In this document: piece by piece, positions 56,508 to 64,000 of the stretch
Numbering within the stretch: the first letter of the stretch is position 1
How the letters are laid out: every line of letters starts with the position of its first letter
DNA from: Candidatus Schekmanbacteria bacterium RIFCSPLOWO2_02_FULL_38_14
Lineage (GTDB): Bacteria > Schekmanbacteria > GWA2-38-11
Length of the DNA stretch: 64,000 bases
Direction of reading: 5' to 3'
Assembly (NCBI GenBank): GCA_001790855.1
Contig: MGDH01000022.1
Coordinates: 7,116-71,115 of the forward strand
Position numbers and translations under genes: made by a program
Notes under the pieces: model-generated
The model's input: the letters and a program-made list of their open reading frames with translations, nothing else
The model's database searches: none
Told to the model about the DNA's origin: nothing

Positions 56508-57641
56508 ATGTATGAACTTACAGAAGAACAGAAGATGCTCAAAGAACTTGCAAGACAGATTGCCGAGGAAGAAATAAAACCTATCAGGGCAGAGCTTGAT
56601 AATACAGGAGAGTTCCCTTATAAAGTAGTAAAGGCTCTTGTTGACGCTGACCTTATGGGTTTGTTTATTCCAACTGAATATGGCGGTTCAGCCCAGGGAA
56701 CTTTTGAGATGTGTCTTGTTATGGAAGAGCTTTCAAAGGCGTGCGGAGGAATAGCCCTTTGCTATGGCGCAACAGCCCTTGGAACTTATCCAATACTTCT
56801 TTTTGGCAGCGAGGAGCAGAAAAAAAAATATCTTCCAAGGATTGTAAAGGGGGAGCTTGCTGCATTTGCTCTTACAGAGGCTGAAGCAGGAAGCGATGCG
56901 GGTGGTGTCAGGCTGAAGGCTGAAGCTGGTGGCGATTATTATGTTCTTAACGGCGTAAAGCAGTGGATAACCAACGGAGGGGTTGCAGAAATCTACACAG
57001 TAATTGCTGCAACCAATAAAGCAAGGGGAAGCCGAGGGCTGTCAGGATTCATAGTTGAAAAGAATACACCCGGCTTTACTTTCGGGAACAAGGCAGACAA
57101 GATGGGCATAAGGGCTTCAATAACAAGCGAGCTTGTTTTTGAGGATTGCCACGTACCAAAGGCTAATATGCTTGGGAAAGAGGGAATGGGTTTTCCTGTT
57201 GCAATAAAAACCCTTGATAAGGCAAGGCCCGGTGTTGCAGCGCAGGCGCTTGGAATTGCGCAGGGAGCCCTTGATGAAGCTGTTGCATATTCAAAGACAA
57301 GGGTTCAGTTTGGGAAAGCAATCTCAACCTTTCAGACAATTCAGGTTATGCTTGCAGATATGGCAACAAAAACTGAGGCTGCAAGGGCGCTTGTTTACTC
57401 AGTGGCAAAATATATTGACAGCGGAGCTTCTGACATTTCAAAAGAATCCGCAATGTGCAAGCTCTATGCCTCTGATGTTGCAATGGAGGTAACAACTGAT
57501 GCTGTGCAGATTCTTGGCGGATACGGATATATGAGGGATTACCCTGTTGAAAAGATGATGCGTGATGCAAAGATAACCCAAATCTATGAAGGCACAAACC
57601 AGATTCAGAGGCTTGTAATTGCGAACAGGCTGCTGAGGTAA
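56508..57641 (+). CDS. Acyl-CoA dehydrogenase (short/medium-chain, butyryl-CoA dehydrogenase-like)
   Basis: MYELTEEQKMLKELARQIAEEEIKPIRAELD...GGSAQGTFE...ALTEAEAGSDAGG...QIYEGTNQIQRLVIA match the full ACAD signature. Length is 377 aa. Confidence 0.85.
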   Translation: MYELTEEQKMLKELARQIAEEEIKPIRAELDNTGEFPYKVVKALVDADLMGLFIPTEYGGSAQGTFEMCLVMEELSKACGGIALCYGATALGTYPILLFGSEEQKKKYLPRIVKGELAAFALTEAEAGSDAGGVRLKAEAGGDYYVLNGVKQWITNGGVAEIYTVIAATNKARGSRGLSGFIVEKNTPGFTFGNKADKMGIRASITSELVFEDCHVPKANMLGKEGMGFPVAIKTLDKARPGVAAQALGIAQGALDEAVAYSKTRVQFGKAISTFQTIQVMLADMATKTEAARALVYSVAKYIDSGASDISKESAMCKLYASDVAMEVTTDAVQILGGYGYMRDYPVEKMMRDAKITQIYEGTNQIQRLVIANRLLR

Positions 57642-57803
57642 ATAGCTGTCAGCATTCAGCTATCAGATGTCAGTTTCCCATCAATAGTATTTTTTCATTG
57701 TCAATCAATAAACAGAATGGTATTATTTCCTTATTAAAGTTTGCATTGCTTAATTCACTTTCATTCAGACAAGTCCTTATTTAAGCAAAATCTGGATAAA
57801 AAT

Positions 57804-57992
57804 ATGGTTAAGAAAGTATTGAAAAGAAGTAATTTTAAAAATTCCTTATCAATAAAAGAGGACCTGTCATATTGGTTGAGCAGACCTACTGAAGAGCGCA
57901 TTTCAGCAGTAGAGTATCTAAGAAAACAATATTATGGAAGTACAGCAAGACTTCAGAGAGTTGTTAGCATTATTCAATTCCCACAAAGTTGA
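57804..57992 (+). CDS. Small hypothetical protein (62 aa) overlapping the downstream nucleotidyltransferase-fold gene
   Basis: MVKKVLKRSNFKNSLSIKEDLSYWLSRPTEERISAVEYLRKQYYGS... Its 3' end overlaps the next ORF by 59 nt in another frame. It is either a partner gene or the two ORFs are a frameshift artefact. Confidence 0.25.
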   Translation: MVKKVLKRSNFKNSLSIKEDLSYWLSRPTEERISAVEYLRKQYYGSTARLQRVVSIIQFPQS

Positions 57993-58380
57993 ATACATAA
58001 TCACAGGGGGGTATGCCTTGGCGTTTCATGGCGCCCCTCGCTATACTGGTGATCTTGATATTTTTGTAAAACCCGATGAAGAAAACGCCCGCAGGGTATT
58101 AGCAGCACTTGATGAATTTGGATTTGGTTCAGTTGGCCTGAAGGAATCAGATTTTACTTATCCTGAGAAAGTTGTACAGCTTGGTGTTCCACCAGTCCGT
58201 ATTGATATTATTTCATCCCTGTCAGGAGTTTTATGGGAAGAGGCACTTTTGGGCAGAGTCGAAGGAAAATATGGAGACATTTCCGTATATTACCTTGGTA
58301 AAAATCAGTTTATATCTAACAAGAGAGCAATGGGGAGGAAAAAGGACATGGCTGATATTGAGGCACTTGGTGAAGAATAA
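57934..58380 (+). CDS. Nucleotidyltransferase-fold protein (minimal NTase / AbiEii-DUF6036-like)
   Basis: FRELLALFNSHKVEYIITGGYALAFHGAPRYTGDLDIFV contains the G-G/S...hG...D-h-D NTase signature. Length is about 148 aa. Confidence 0.45.
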   Translation: MEVQQDFRELLALFNSHKVEYIITGGYALAFHGAPRYTGDLDIFVKPDEENARRVLAALDEFGFGSVGLKESDFTYPEKVVQLGVPPVRIDIISSLSGVLWEEALLGRVEGKYGDISVYYLGKNQFISNKRAMGRKKDMADIEALGEE

Positions 58381-58406
58381 AAAAGAGCGGGAAACAAAAT
58401 CCCTTT

Positions 58407-59687
58407 CTACAGACACTGCATCAGGTTTCGGCTCCAGAGGCAGTCGCCGCAAGGCTCGTCGTTCCCAAAGCAGTCTCCCTCAAACCTGTCTAAGAATCCG
58501 CAGCTTCCATAGGCAGGGCATTCAAGGCAGTGAGGATAAGTAAATTTATCAACACATGCCCTTAGTTCAACAAACTTTTTGGAATTCCAGATTTTTTCTA
58601 AAGATTTGTCATTTATATTCCCAAGACTCAATGGATAAACCTCACGACTTGTGCTGTCAAGATGGAATTTATGGGAGTGCATTAGCCTTGAGCAGGGTTT
58701 TACCTCGCCATCCCAAGAAATAAAAGCAGTTCTGTTCTTAACGAATTTGCATTCACGCTTTACATCTGAGTTTATTGGTGGAAGTGATAGCTCTATATTC
58801 AGCTTATCTGCTATTTTTTTTGTGGCTGCAAAAATATCTCTTTCCTTTGCAAGTGTTTTTTCATCTCTTTCAAAAAGCTTTCTTAAGTTTAGGAATATAT
58901 CGTGGGATGCTGCTTCAGAATATGCGTCATTTATAACTGAATTTAATTTCTGTTCATACTCTTTTGTAACCATTTCTTTTCTGAAGAAGCTGAAGTTATA
59001 GTAATTTTTAAGATTCACTCCCTCTGTCCTTGCGCGTTTCATTGCTTTCTGGAAAATATCAATTGAAGCCTGAGACAGCATTTCAAATGATACCTCATTG
59101 AGCATTTCTTCTGTGTAGGGGAGGAGATGGGAAACTATTATAAACTCTATTTTATTTTCCTTTGCAAAATTTACTGCAAGAGGAAGCTCATCAAGATTGC
59201 GTTTCATTACCACGAATTCAAGTCCGAGTTTAGGCTTGCTTGTTTTTATTTTCTCTTTATACTGATTAATAAAATCTATGCTTTCTTTAATCTTTTTAAA
59301 ATTTCCGCCCCTTCTTATATAGCCATAGGTTTCTGGTTTTATTCCGTCTATTGAGATTACAAGTTTGTCAATTTTGCTGCTTACAATTGCCTGAGCAGTT
59401 TTTTCGCATATAAGCATTGCGTTTGTTGTAAAACCGATTTCACTGTTTTCAGGCAAAAGTTCCTTTGCGATTTTAATTATTTCAAAAAGGCTGGCGTTCA
59501 TCAAAGGTTCGCCGAGTCCGGTAAGATTCAGAAATTTTATTTGAGGCAAAGCAGGGATGAGTTTTTTAAATGTGCTGAGGTCCATATCTCCCTGATTTTC
59601 AGAGAATGTACCTCTCATGCACGTCCTGCAACTGATATTGCAGCGTGAAGATGTTTCAACATAAAGCTGTTTGATATGGTCTGTCAT
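58407..59687 (-). CDS. Radical SAM enzyme with C-terminal SPASM domain (possible Cmo-like cofactor/peptide-modifying maturase)
   Basis: CNISCRTC is a CxxxCxxC motif within LYVETSSRCNISCRTCMRG. The C-terminus is Cys-rich and SPASM-like (C...CPAYGSCGF...CGDCLWSRN). Length is 426 aa. Confidence 0.75.
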   Translation of the reverse strand: MTDHIKQLYVETSSRCNISCRTCMRGTFSENQGDMDLSTFKKLIPALPQIKFLNLTGLGEPLMNASLFEIIKIAKELLPENSEIGFTTNAMLICEKTAQAIVSSKIDKLVISIDGIKPETYGYIRRGGNFKKIKESIDFINQYKEKIKTSKPKLGLEFVVMKRNLDELPLAVNFAKENKIEFIIVSHLLPYTEEMLNEVSFEMLSQASIDIFQKAMKRARTEGVNLKNYYNFSFFRKEMVTKEYEQKLNSVINDAYSEAASHDIFLNLRKLFERDEKTLAKERDIFAATKKIADKLNIELSLPPINSDVKRECKFVKNRTAFISWDGEVKPCSRLMHSHKFHLDSTSREVYPLSLGNINDKSLEKIWNSKKFVELRACVDKFTYPHCLECPAYGSCGFLDRFEGDCFGNDEPCGDCLWSRNLMQCL

Positions 59688-59774
59688 AATGATTAAGAAT
59701 ACTAATTTAATTAAAAAAATCCATGATTTTAATCATAGTTTATTGAAAAAAGTTTAGCAGAAAGCTTATATCCC

Positions 59775-59804
59775 ATAAAATAAAAACGCACCCAAAGGGG
59801 TGCG
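59775..59804 (-). terminator. Rho-independent terminator downstream of the moaD-like gene
   Basis: On the minus strand, hairpin CGCACCC-CTTT-GGGTGCG (7-bp GC-rich stem) is followed by TTTTTATTTTAT. Confidence 0.6.
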
Positions 59805-59843
59805 CAACATTTTGCAATTTAAAATTTCCAATTTTAAATTTAT

Positions 59844-60092
59844 TTAAGATGCTCCTCCTGCAACAGGTGGGAATATGGCTACACGGTCTCCGTCTTTTAA
59901 AAGACAGCTGAGTTCAGCATGGACTCCGTTCACAATAATTATCTTTGTTTCTTTTTCAGGGATTCCAAGCTGGTGAAGCAGCCCCTGTATGGTAAGACCT
60001 TCTTTGGCGGAAATCTTTTTGCCTTCTTTCAAATCAAGTCCGGGCAAATATTTTAATAAAGTAGCATATGTCCTGACTTCAATATCTGCCAT
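59844..60092 (-). CDS. MoaD/ThiS-family ubiquitin-like small protein ending ...VAGGAS (Gly-Gly followed by two extra residues)
   Basis: 82 aa. Beta-grasp-like composition. C-terminus DRVAIFPPVAGGAS has the GG motif of sulfur carriers plus a 2-residue tail. It sits immediately downstream of the AOR gene. Confidence 0.55.
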   Translation of the reverse strand: MADIEVRTYATLLKYLPGLDLKEGKKISAKEGLTIQGLLHQLGIPEKETKIIIVNGVHAELSCLLKDGDRVAIFPPVAGGAS

Positions 60093-60154
60093 TTTAAGCT
60101 TCCTAAATTAATCCCCTATGAACTTACAAACTTGCTTTTTATCTATTTCAAACT

Positions 60155-60201
60155 AAATCCCCCCTACCCCCCTTTGTTAAAGGGGGGATTTGGGGGGATT
60201 T
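60155..60201. repeat. Strong G6/C6 inverted repeat AAATCCCCCC-TA-CCCCCCTT...AAGGGGGG-ATTT-GGGGGGATTT between the AOR gene and the moaD-like gene
   Basis: Read directly. Two C6 runs face two G6 runs about 10 nt away, giving a stem of at least 20 bp with an internal loop. It lies inside the aor-moaD intercistronic spacer. Confidence 0.55.
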
Positions 60202-60230
60202 TAACTTCTCGAAGAAACATATTCTTACCC

Positions 60231-61967
60231 TTAGATATTAGCCCAAACTTTATCAAGCTCTTCAGGTTTAATCTCAAATGTTATATTGTGAGGCGGGCAT
60301 TTTTCATCATCAAAAAATTCCGGCAGACGGTCATCAGCCTTGGTAAAGCCTGCTTTCCTGTTGAACTCAAGCTCTGTCTTAATGACCTGTGTGCCGATTT
60401 TTGGAATATCATCAACTGTAAGTGTTGTGCCGTATTCGGCATTGATCATGTCTATAATCGCCTGCAATCCTTCCGGCAGGTCAAGGCAGGCAATTGCAAC
60501 AAAGAGGCAAAGCCCTGTGCAATCAACTGTTGCTGTTGCAATCTGCATGGCTCTTGACACATCTACCTGCCCCTCCGGTTTTAATGGATTAACATCTCCG
60601 CCTACCTTAAGGATATTCTGCAGTACCGCATATCCTGCAGTATGGTCTCCACCCATTGTGCTGGTTGCATAAGTTACACCGATTCCTTTTACAGTCCTCG
60701 GGTCATATGCGGGTAATCCCTGTCCTTTAACTGCTGCAACTCTTGAAATTCCAAAAACTCTACCTGTTACTGCTGCTCCCTGACCTAAAATTTTTCCAAG
60801 AGGAGTTTTCTTGCCAATTTCCTGAAGCAACTTAATGAAAGAATCTGCATCACCCCATTTTGCAAGCCCTGCTTCTGCGGCAACTGCAAGAGTAACACCT
60901 GACTCTATAGTATCAAGTCCGGTGTCTGAACAAATCCTTATCATCTGGGCAACCTTGTCAAGGTCATCTACTTCAAGATTAGCACCAAGAGACCATACAG
61001 ATTCATATTCCATTGGTGCTGTTATAGCCTTGCCATTTTTGTCAGGATATATATTTGAACATCTGATAACACAACCCGGATGGCATGCATGGACAGCCTT
61101 CCCTTCTCCTCCACGGGCTTTGGCTACTTCTGCTATTTTTTCTCCACTAATGTTGGCTGCTGTTTCAAAACGCCCTCTTCTGAAATTCTTTGTTGGGAAG
61201 CCTCCAGCTTCATTCAATATGTTTACAAGAACTGCTGTGCCGTAATTCGGCAGGGCTTCACCTGTTACGGGATGCTTTAGCAAAACCTGTGAAAATACCT
61301 TTGCAGCATTTTTAAACTTTTCTTCATCTTTTATAGGAACCTTATCTGCACCCTTGTCATCTACGATGATAGCCTTAATTTTTTTTGAACCCATTACTGC
61401 GCCAAGACCACCGCGCCCGGCAAATCTGCCCGGTCCTCCTTCAGGGTCATTTACTGAAATCCCTGCATTGCACATTCTTTCCTCACCGGCAACGCCAATG
61501 CATATTACGCCAACCTTTCCGTATTTGTCCCAGAGCTTTTTATTAAGCTCATATGTTCCAATGCCTGCTAAGTCATTGGCAGGAACGATTTTTACACCGT
61601 CCTTGGTCACTTCCAGCATATAAAATTTATTATCTTTTGGCATCCCTTCAATGATAATGGCTTTCACATTACATTTTGCAAGTTTCTGACTTGCAATACC
61701 GCCTACGTTGGATTCCTTAATTGCTCCGGTCAGAGGGCTTTTCCCGCCAAAAGACATCCTTCCTGAACAGGCAGCAGATGTTCCGCTTAAAAGTCCCGGC
61801 GCCAGAATCAATTTATTGTGAATGCCCAGAGGATGGCAGGTAGCAGGAACTTCATCATTAACTATTGATGACGTTAATCCCCTTCCCCCTGCAGCAGCAT
61901 ATTTAGAAGGACATTTCTCCTCCTTGACCTTCAAATCGGTCATGTTCACCCTATAAATTTTGTCCAT
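60231..61967 (-). CDS. aor: Aldehyde:ferredoxin oxidoreductase (tungsten/molybdopterin AOR family)
   Basis: N-terminal AOR_N domain MDKIYRVNMTDLKV...GGRGL...GKSPLTG. Central ...GPGRFAGRGGLGAVMGSKKIKAIIV.... C-terminal AOR family domain. Length is 578 aa. Confidence 0.85.
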   Translation of the reverse strand: MDKIYRVNMTDLKVKEEKCPSKYAAAGGRGLTSSIVNDEVPATCHPLGIHNKLILAPGLLSGTSAACSGRMSFGGKSPLTGAIKESNVGGIASQKLAKCNVKAIIIEGMPKDNKFYMLEVTKDGVKIVPANDLAGIGTYELNKKLWDKYGKVGVICIGVAGEERMCNAGISVNDPEGGPGRFAGRGGLGAVMGSKKIKAIIVDDKGADKVPIKDEEKFKNAAKVFSQVLLKHPVTGEALPNYGTAVLVNILNEAGGFPTKNFRRGRFETAANISGEKIAEVAKARGGEGKAVHACHPGCVIRCSNIYPDKNGKAITAPMEYESVWSLGANLEVDDLDKVAQMIRICSDTGLDTIESGVTLAVAAEAGLAKWGDADSFIKLLQEIGKKTPLGKILGQGAAVTGRVFGISRVAAVKGQGLPAYDPRTVKGIGVTYATSTMGGDHTAGYAVLQNILKVGGDVNPLKPEGQVDVSRAMQIATATVDCTGLCLFVAIACLDLPEGLQAIIDMINAEYGTTLTVDDIPKIGTQVIKTELEFNRKAGFTKADDRLPEFFDDEKCPPHNITFEIKPEELDKVWANI

Positions 61968-62144
61968 AGGACTCCTCCTTGATTAAAATGTTGTTAAACA
62001 GAAATAATGCGATATTGCCTTTTCCGGAATGAATGACAAACATTCTTATAAAGGACTCTTAAAATCTAGTCAAGGGAATTCTGAGGGTTGATTACGCAGA
62101 TTAAAAATGATTACAAAGATTTCAGGTTGTAAGGTTTTTTGTTG

Positions 62145-63584
62145 TTATTTCAGAGGGAAGTAGAGGACTCTCCAGTGATTTTTCACACCTTCTTTTTTAT
62201 GTTCGAAAAGTCCTTTTAATATTGAAAAGCCTTTTCCGCTTTTATCGCTTTCATACGAGAAAAGAAGCGGTATTTTAATTGTTTTCCAATCATCTTTCTT
62301 CTGGTATTTGTAAAGGTCCCAGAAAAGGGTTGTCTCGGAATTACCCTTTTTGTCCCTGTTGTATCTGCAGAAAGTCCAGAAAGGCGAGAAGTTTTTTTCA
62401 AATTTTTCTATGAACAGTCCCTCCCCTGAAAAAGGTATCAATGACAGGGAAGAAATTTCTGTTCTGTCCTCTTTGTCCCTTCTGTAAGACAGAAAAGGCC
62501 AGAGATTGATTTTTCTTGCGGTTTTCTTTCCGTCTGTCCATGTTTCCTTTCTGTCTGTAAAAAAAGGTACAAGGGTTTTAACCTTTTTTTCATGTCCATC
62601 TGTGGTTATTTTATCAAACCAGAAGAATGGCCAGAGGAAAAAATTGTGTGTTATATCTTCGCTTTTATCGAATCTGAAAAGAGGGAAGAATTGCCTTACC
62701 TGCCTTGTTTCTCCGGAAGTAAAAGAAAAAACAGGCCAGATGATATCGTAGCGAGCATAGTTCCGTTTTTTGTTATTATCATACAGATATAAAGGAAACA
62801 TTACGACTCCAACTTCTCTTTCCTCTGATTTCTCATAACCATAGAATGGAAGCACAATCAGACTCTCTTCTGCAAGTTTATTCCCTTCATAGAATTTCTG
62901 GTTGCTGTAGAATGGCCAGAGATAATATTTTTTAAGGTATTTTCCTTCTGCTTTGTCAAAGCCGTAAAATGGAAAGAATTTAAAACCTGTATGCCCTTCT
63001 CCCTTTGCGTAATGGAATATGGGCCAGAGAATTTCCCATCCTCTGTCATCACCTTTTCTTGTTTCAACATAGAGAGGAAAGCCTATAAATTTTAATTCAT
63101 CCTTATTAAGCCACTTTTTTAAGTTTCCATAAAATGGGAAGAAAAGGTTGTATTTTCCGTTTTCTGCTTCTCCGCCTATATAGAAGGGAAGAAACAGAGT
63201 GGAGCCAATCCTTCTGCCGTCATCCTGTGTTTCATATTTTGAATAATAAAATGGGATAAACCTTCCAAGCACCCCTTTTTCATCTCTCGCATATCTTCCA
63301 AGGGGCCAGAAAAAGTCTATATTTATCTTTTTTTTATCAATATCTTCTTCAACATCAAGGACAGGTCTCAATGCATAATTTAACTTTTCCGGACTGTATT
63401 TCAGTTCAAACAGAGGACCCAAGATTCTTACTTCTGCGGATTGCCTTGAGTCATCAGTTTTTTTATAATACAGGGGGCTTAAGTCTAAATATTCTTCTTC
63501 TGAGAAAGCGGGTAAAGGATTTGAAAGAATCAGTCCATAGAATAGCAGCGCAATGATGGATAAAAAACAACATTTCTTTGTCAT
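62145..63584 (-). CDS. Secreted aromatic-rich repeat protein (about 20 degenerate h-W/F-P-h-F/Y repeats of roughly 22 aa), function unknown
   Basis: Signal peptide MTKKCCFLSIIALLFYGLILS. Periodic units include FFPFYGN, IGFPLYVE, ILWPIFHY, FFPFYGFDK, YLWPFYSNQ, IVLPFYGYE, VMFPLYLYD, IIWPVFSF, FFPLFRFDK, FLWPFFWFDK, LVPFFTDRK and NLWPFLSYRRD. Start is placed at the internal Met (63584). Confidence 0.4.
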   Translation of the reverse strand: MTKKCCFLSIIALLFYGLILSNPLPAFSEEEYLDLSPLYYKKTDDSRQSAEVRILGPLFELKYSPEKLNYALRPVLDVEEDIDKKKINIDFFWPLGRYARDEKGVLGRFIPFYYSKYETQDDGRRIGSTLFLPFYIGGEAENGKYNLFFPFYGNLKKWLNKDELKFIGFPLYVETRKGDDRGWEILWPIFHYAKGEGHTGFKFFPFYGFDKAEGKYLKKYYLWPFYSNQKFYEGNKLAEESLIVLPFYGYEKSEEREVGVVMFPLYLYDNNKKRNYARYDIIWPVFSFTSGETRQVRQFFPLFRFDKSEDITHNFFLWPFFWFDKITTDGHEKKVKTLVPFFTDRKETWTDGKKTARKINLWPFLSYRRDKEDRTEISSLSLIPFSGEGLFIEKFEKNFSPFWTFCRYNRDKKGNSETTLFWDLYKYQKKDDWKTIKIPLLFSYESDKSGKGFSILKGLFEHKKEGVKNHWRVLYFPLK

Positions 63585-63686
63585 AGTATTAAAATGCGGG
63601 GTCAGAAGACCCCACCTGTCTGCATGCAGAATATTCCTCTCATGCGAGCGGGTTATAATGAATTTTAAGCTCAGCACAATAAATTC

Positions 63687-64000
63687 TCAGAAGAGAGAGA
63701 ACAGGGCGCTTATGAAAGTTGATATCGGAGAAAGCTCGCTTGCCTGCTCTGCCGAATCCCCAAGCTGTTTCAGAGATTTTTTAGCATCATGGTAGAGCGT
63801 TTCATCATTGACAAGTTTTCCAAGGGTTCCTTCGCCCTTATCAACCTTTGCAGTAATGCTGTTTAAGGATTTTGTGGTATCTTTAAGTCCAGCAATTGTT
63901 TCTTTAAGGTTTTCCCTGTTCTCCTGAATGACTGAATCAAGGTCTTTGCTGATTTTTGAAAATTTCTCCATTACCTCAGGGGTTTTTTCTCTTAATGTGC
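63687..64000 (-). CDS. MCE/MlaD-family protein, C-terminal part (gene continues beyond window end)
   Basis: The frame is open to nt 64000. C-terminal segment DKGEGTLGKLVNDETLYHDAKKSL resembles the conserved GEGT/SLGKLLNDD.LY motif of MCE-domain proteins. Confidence 0.45.
   Translation of the reverse strand, partial: TLREKTPEVMEKFSKISKDLDSVIQENRENLKETIAGLKDTTKSLNSITAKVDKGEGTLGKLVNDETLYHDAKKSLKQLGDSAEQASELSPISTFISALFSLF

Noticed and set aside
57214-57597. Two ORFs (92 aa on the plus strand, 83 aa on the minus strand) inside the acyl-CoA dehydrogenase gene
   Set aside because: They are alternative-frame and antisense ORFs within a well-supported ACAD coding sequence. They are Q/R/L-rich artefacts of the locally GC-richer sequence.
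59127-59354. 75-aa plus-strand ORF, considered as a possible RiPP precursor for the radical SAM/SPASM enzyme
   Set aside because: It lies wholly inside and antisense to the rSAM gene. No small ORF with leader-peptide character was found in the flanking intergenic DNA.
1-64000. tRNA, rRNA or CRISPR arrays
   Set aside because: I scanned for T-loop-like GTTCGAAT/GTTCAAAT motifs, long GC-rich structured segments and regularly spaced direct repeats. None were found. The only repeats are the dispersed palindromic and AT-rich elements described above.

Overview
This is an AT-rich (roughly one-third GC by eye) bacterial chromosomal window with densely packed genes on both strands. I found no rRNA, tRNA or CRISPR array. 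The organism cannot be named from sequence alone; the gene content is consistent with an anaerobe (tungsten-type aldehyde:ferredoxin oxidoreductase, radical SAM enzyme, dicluster ferredoxin, reductive-type TCA-branch enzymes). Assignments are from reading the supplied translations for family-specific motifs, not from a database search.

Content in order:
- 1-13.3 kb: cell-surface polysaccharide locus. It holds a 5'-truncated Wzx-like flippase, a frameshift-riddled IS3-family insertion-sequence remnant, a VanZ-like membrane protein, a membrane-anchored alkaline-phosphatase-superfamily protein, a GT-C (ArnT/PMT-like) membrane glycosyltransferase, a CE4 polysaccharide deacetylase, a GNAT/Fem-like acyltransferase, two GT4 glycosyltransferases and an RmlD-like reductase.
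- 13.3-36 kb: housekeeping genes, including rpe, a PASTA-domain protein, pgpA, nadA, acetyl-CoA hydrolase/transferase, alanine dehydrogenase, a DUF362 protein, dxs-ispA-xseB-xseA, coaBC, BCCP plus biotin carboxylase, aspS, a PpiD-like parvulin chaperone, an HDAC-family amidohydrolase and pcm.
- 37-42 kb: second glycan locus with a WbaP-like priming transferase, a GDP-D-glycero-alpha-D-manno-heptose pathway set (hddC, hddA, gmhA, gmhB) and a GalE-like epimerase.
- 42-56 kb: pyrE, a transglutaminase-like lipoprotein, a frameshifted Big_2/cupredoxin secreted protein, ferredoxin-frdA-frdB without membrane-anchor genes, sucCD split by a palindromic repeat element, and a hem/siroheme cluster (hemB, cobA-hemD fusion, hemC, sirC).
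- 56-64 kb: acyl-CoA dehydrogenase, a nucleotidyltransferase-fold pair, a radical-SAM/SPASM gene next to an aor-moaD-like operon, a novel aromatic-rich repeat protein and the C-terminus of an MCE/MlaD-family protein.

The most interesting unexplained structure is non-coding. (i) A ~110-bp palindromic element occurs in two copies, one splitting sucC from sucD. (ii) An AT-rich 'GTTTAGGATTTCGAATTTAG' repeat family decorates nearly every intergenic space around the TCA-branch genes. (iii) A G6/C6 hairpin sits between the AOR gene and the moaD-like gene.
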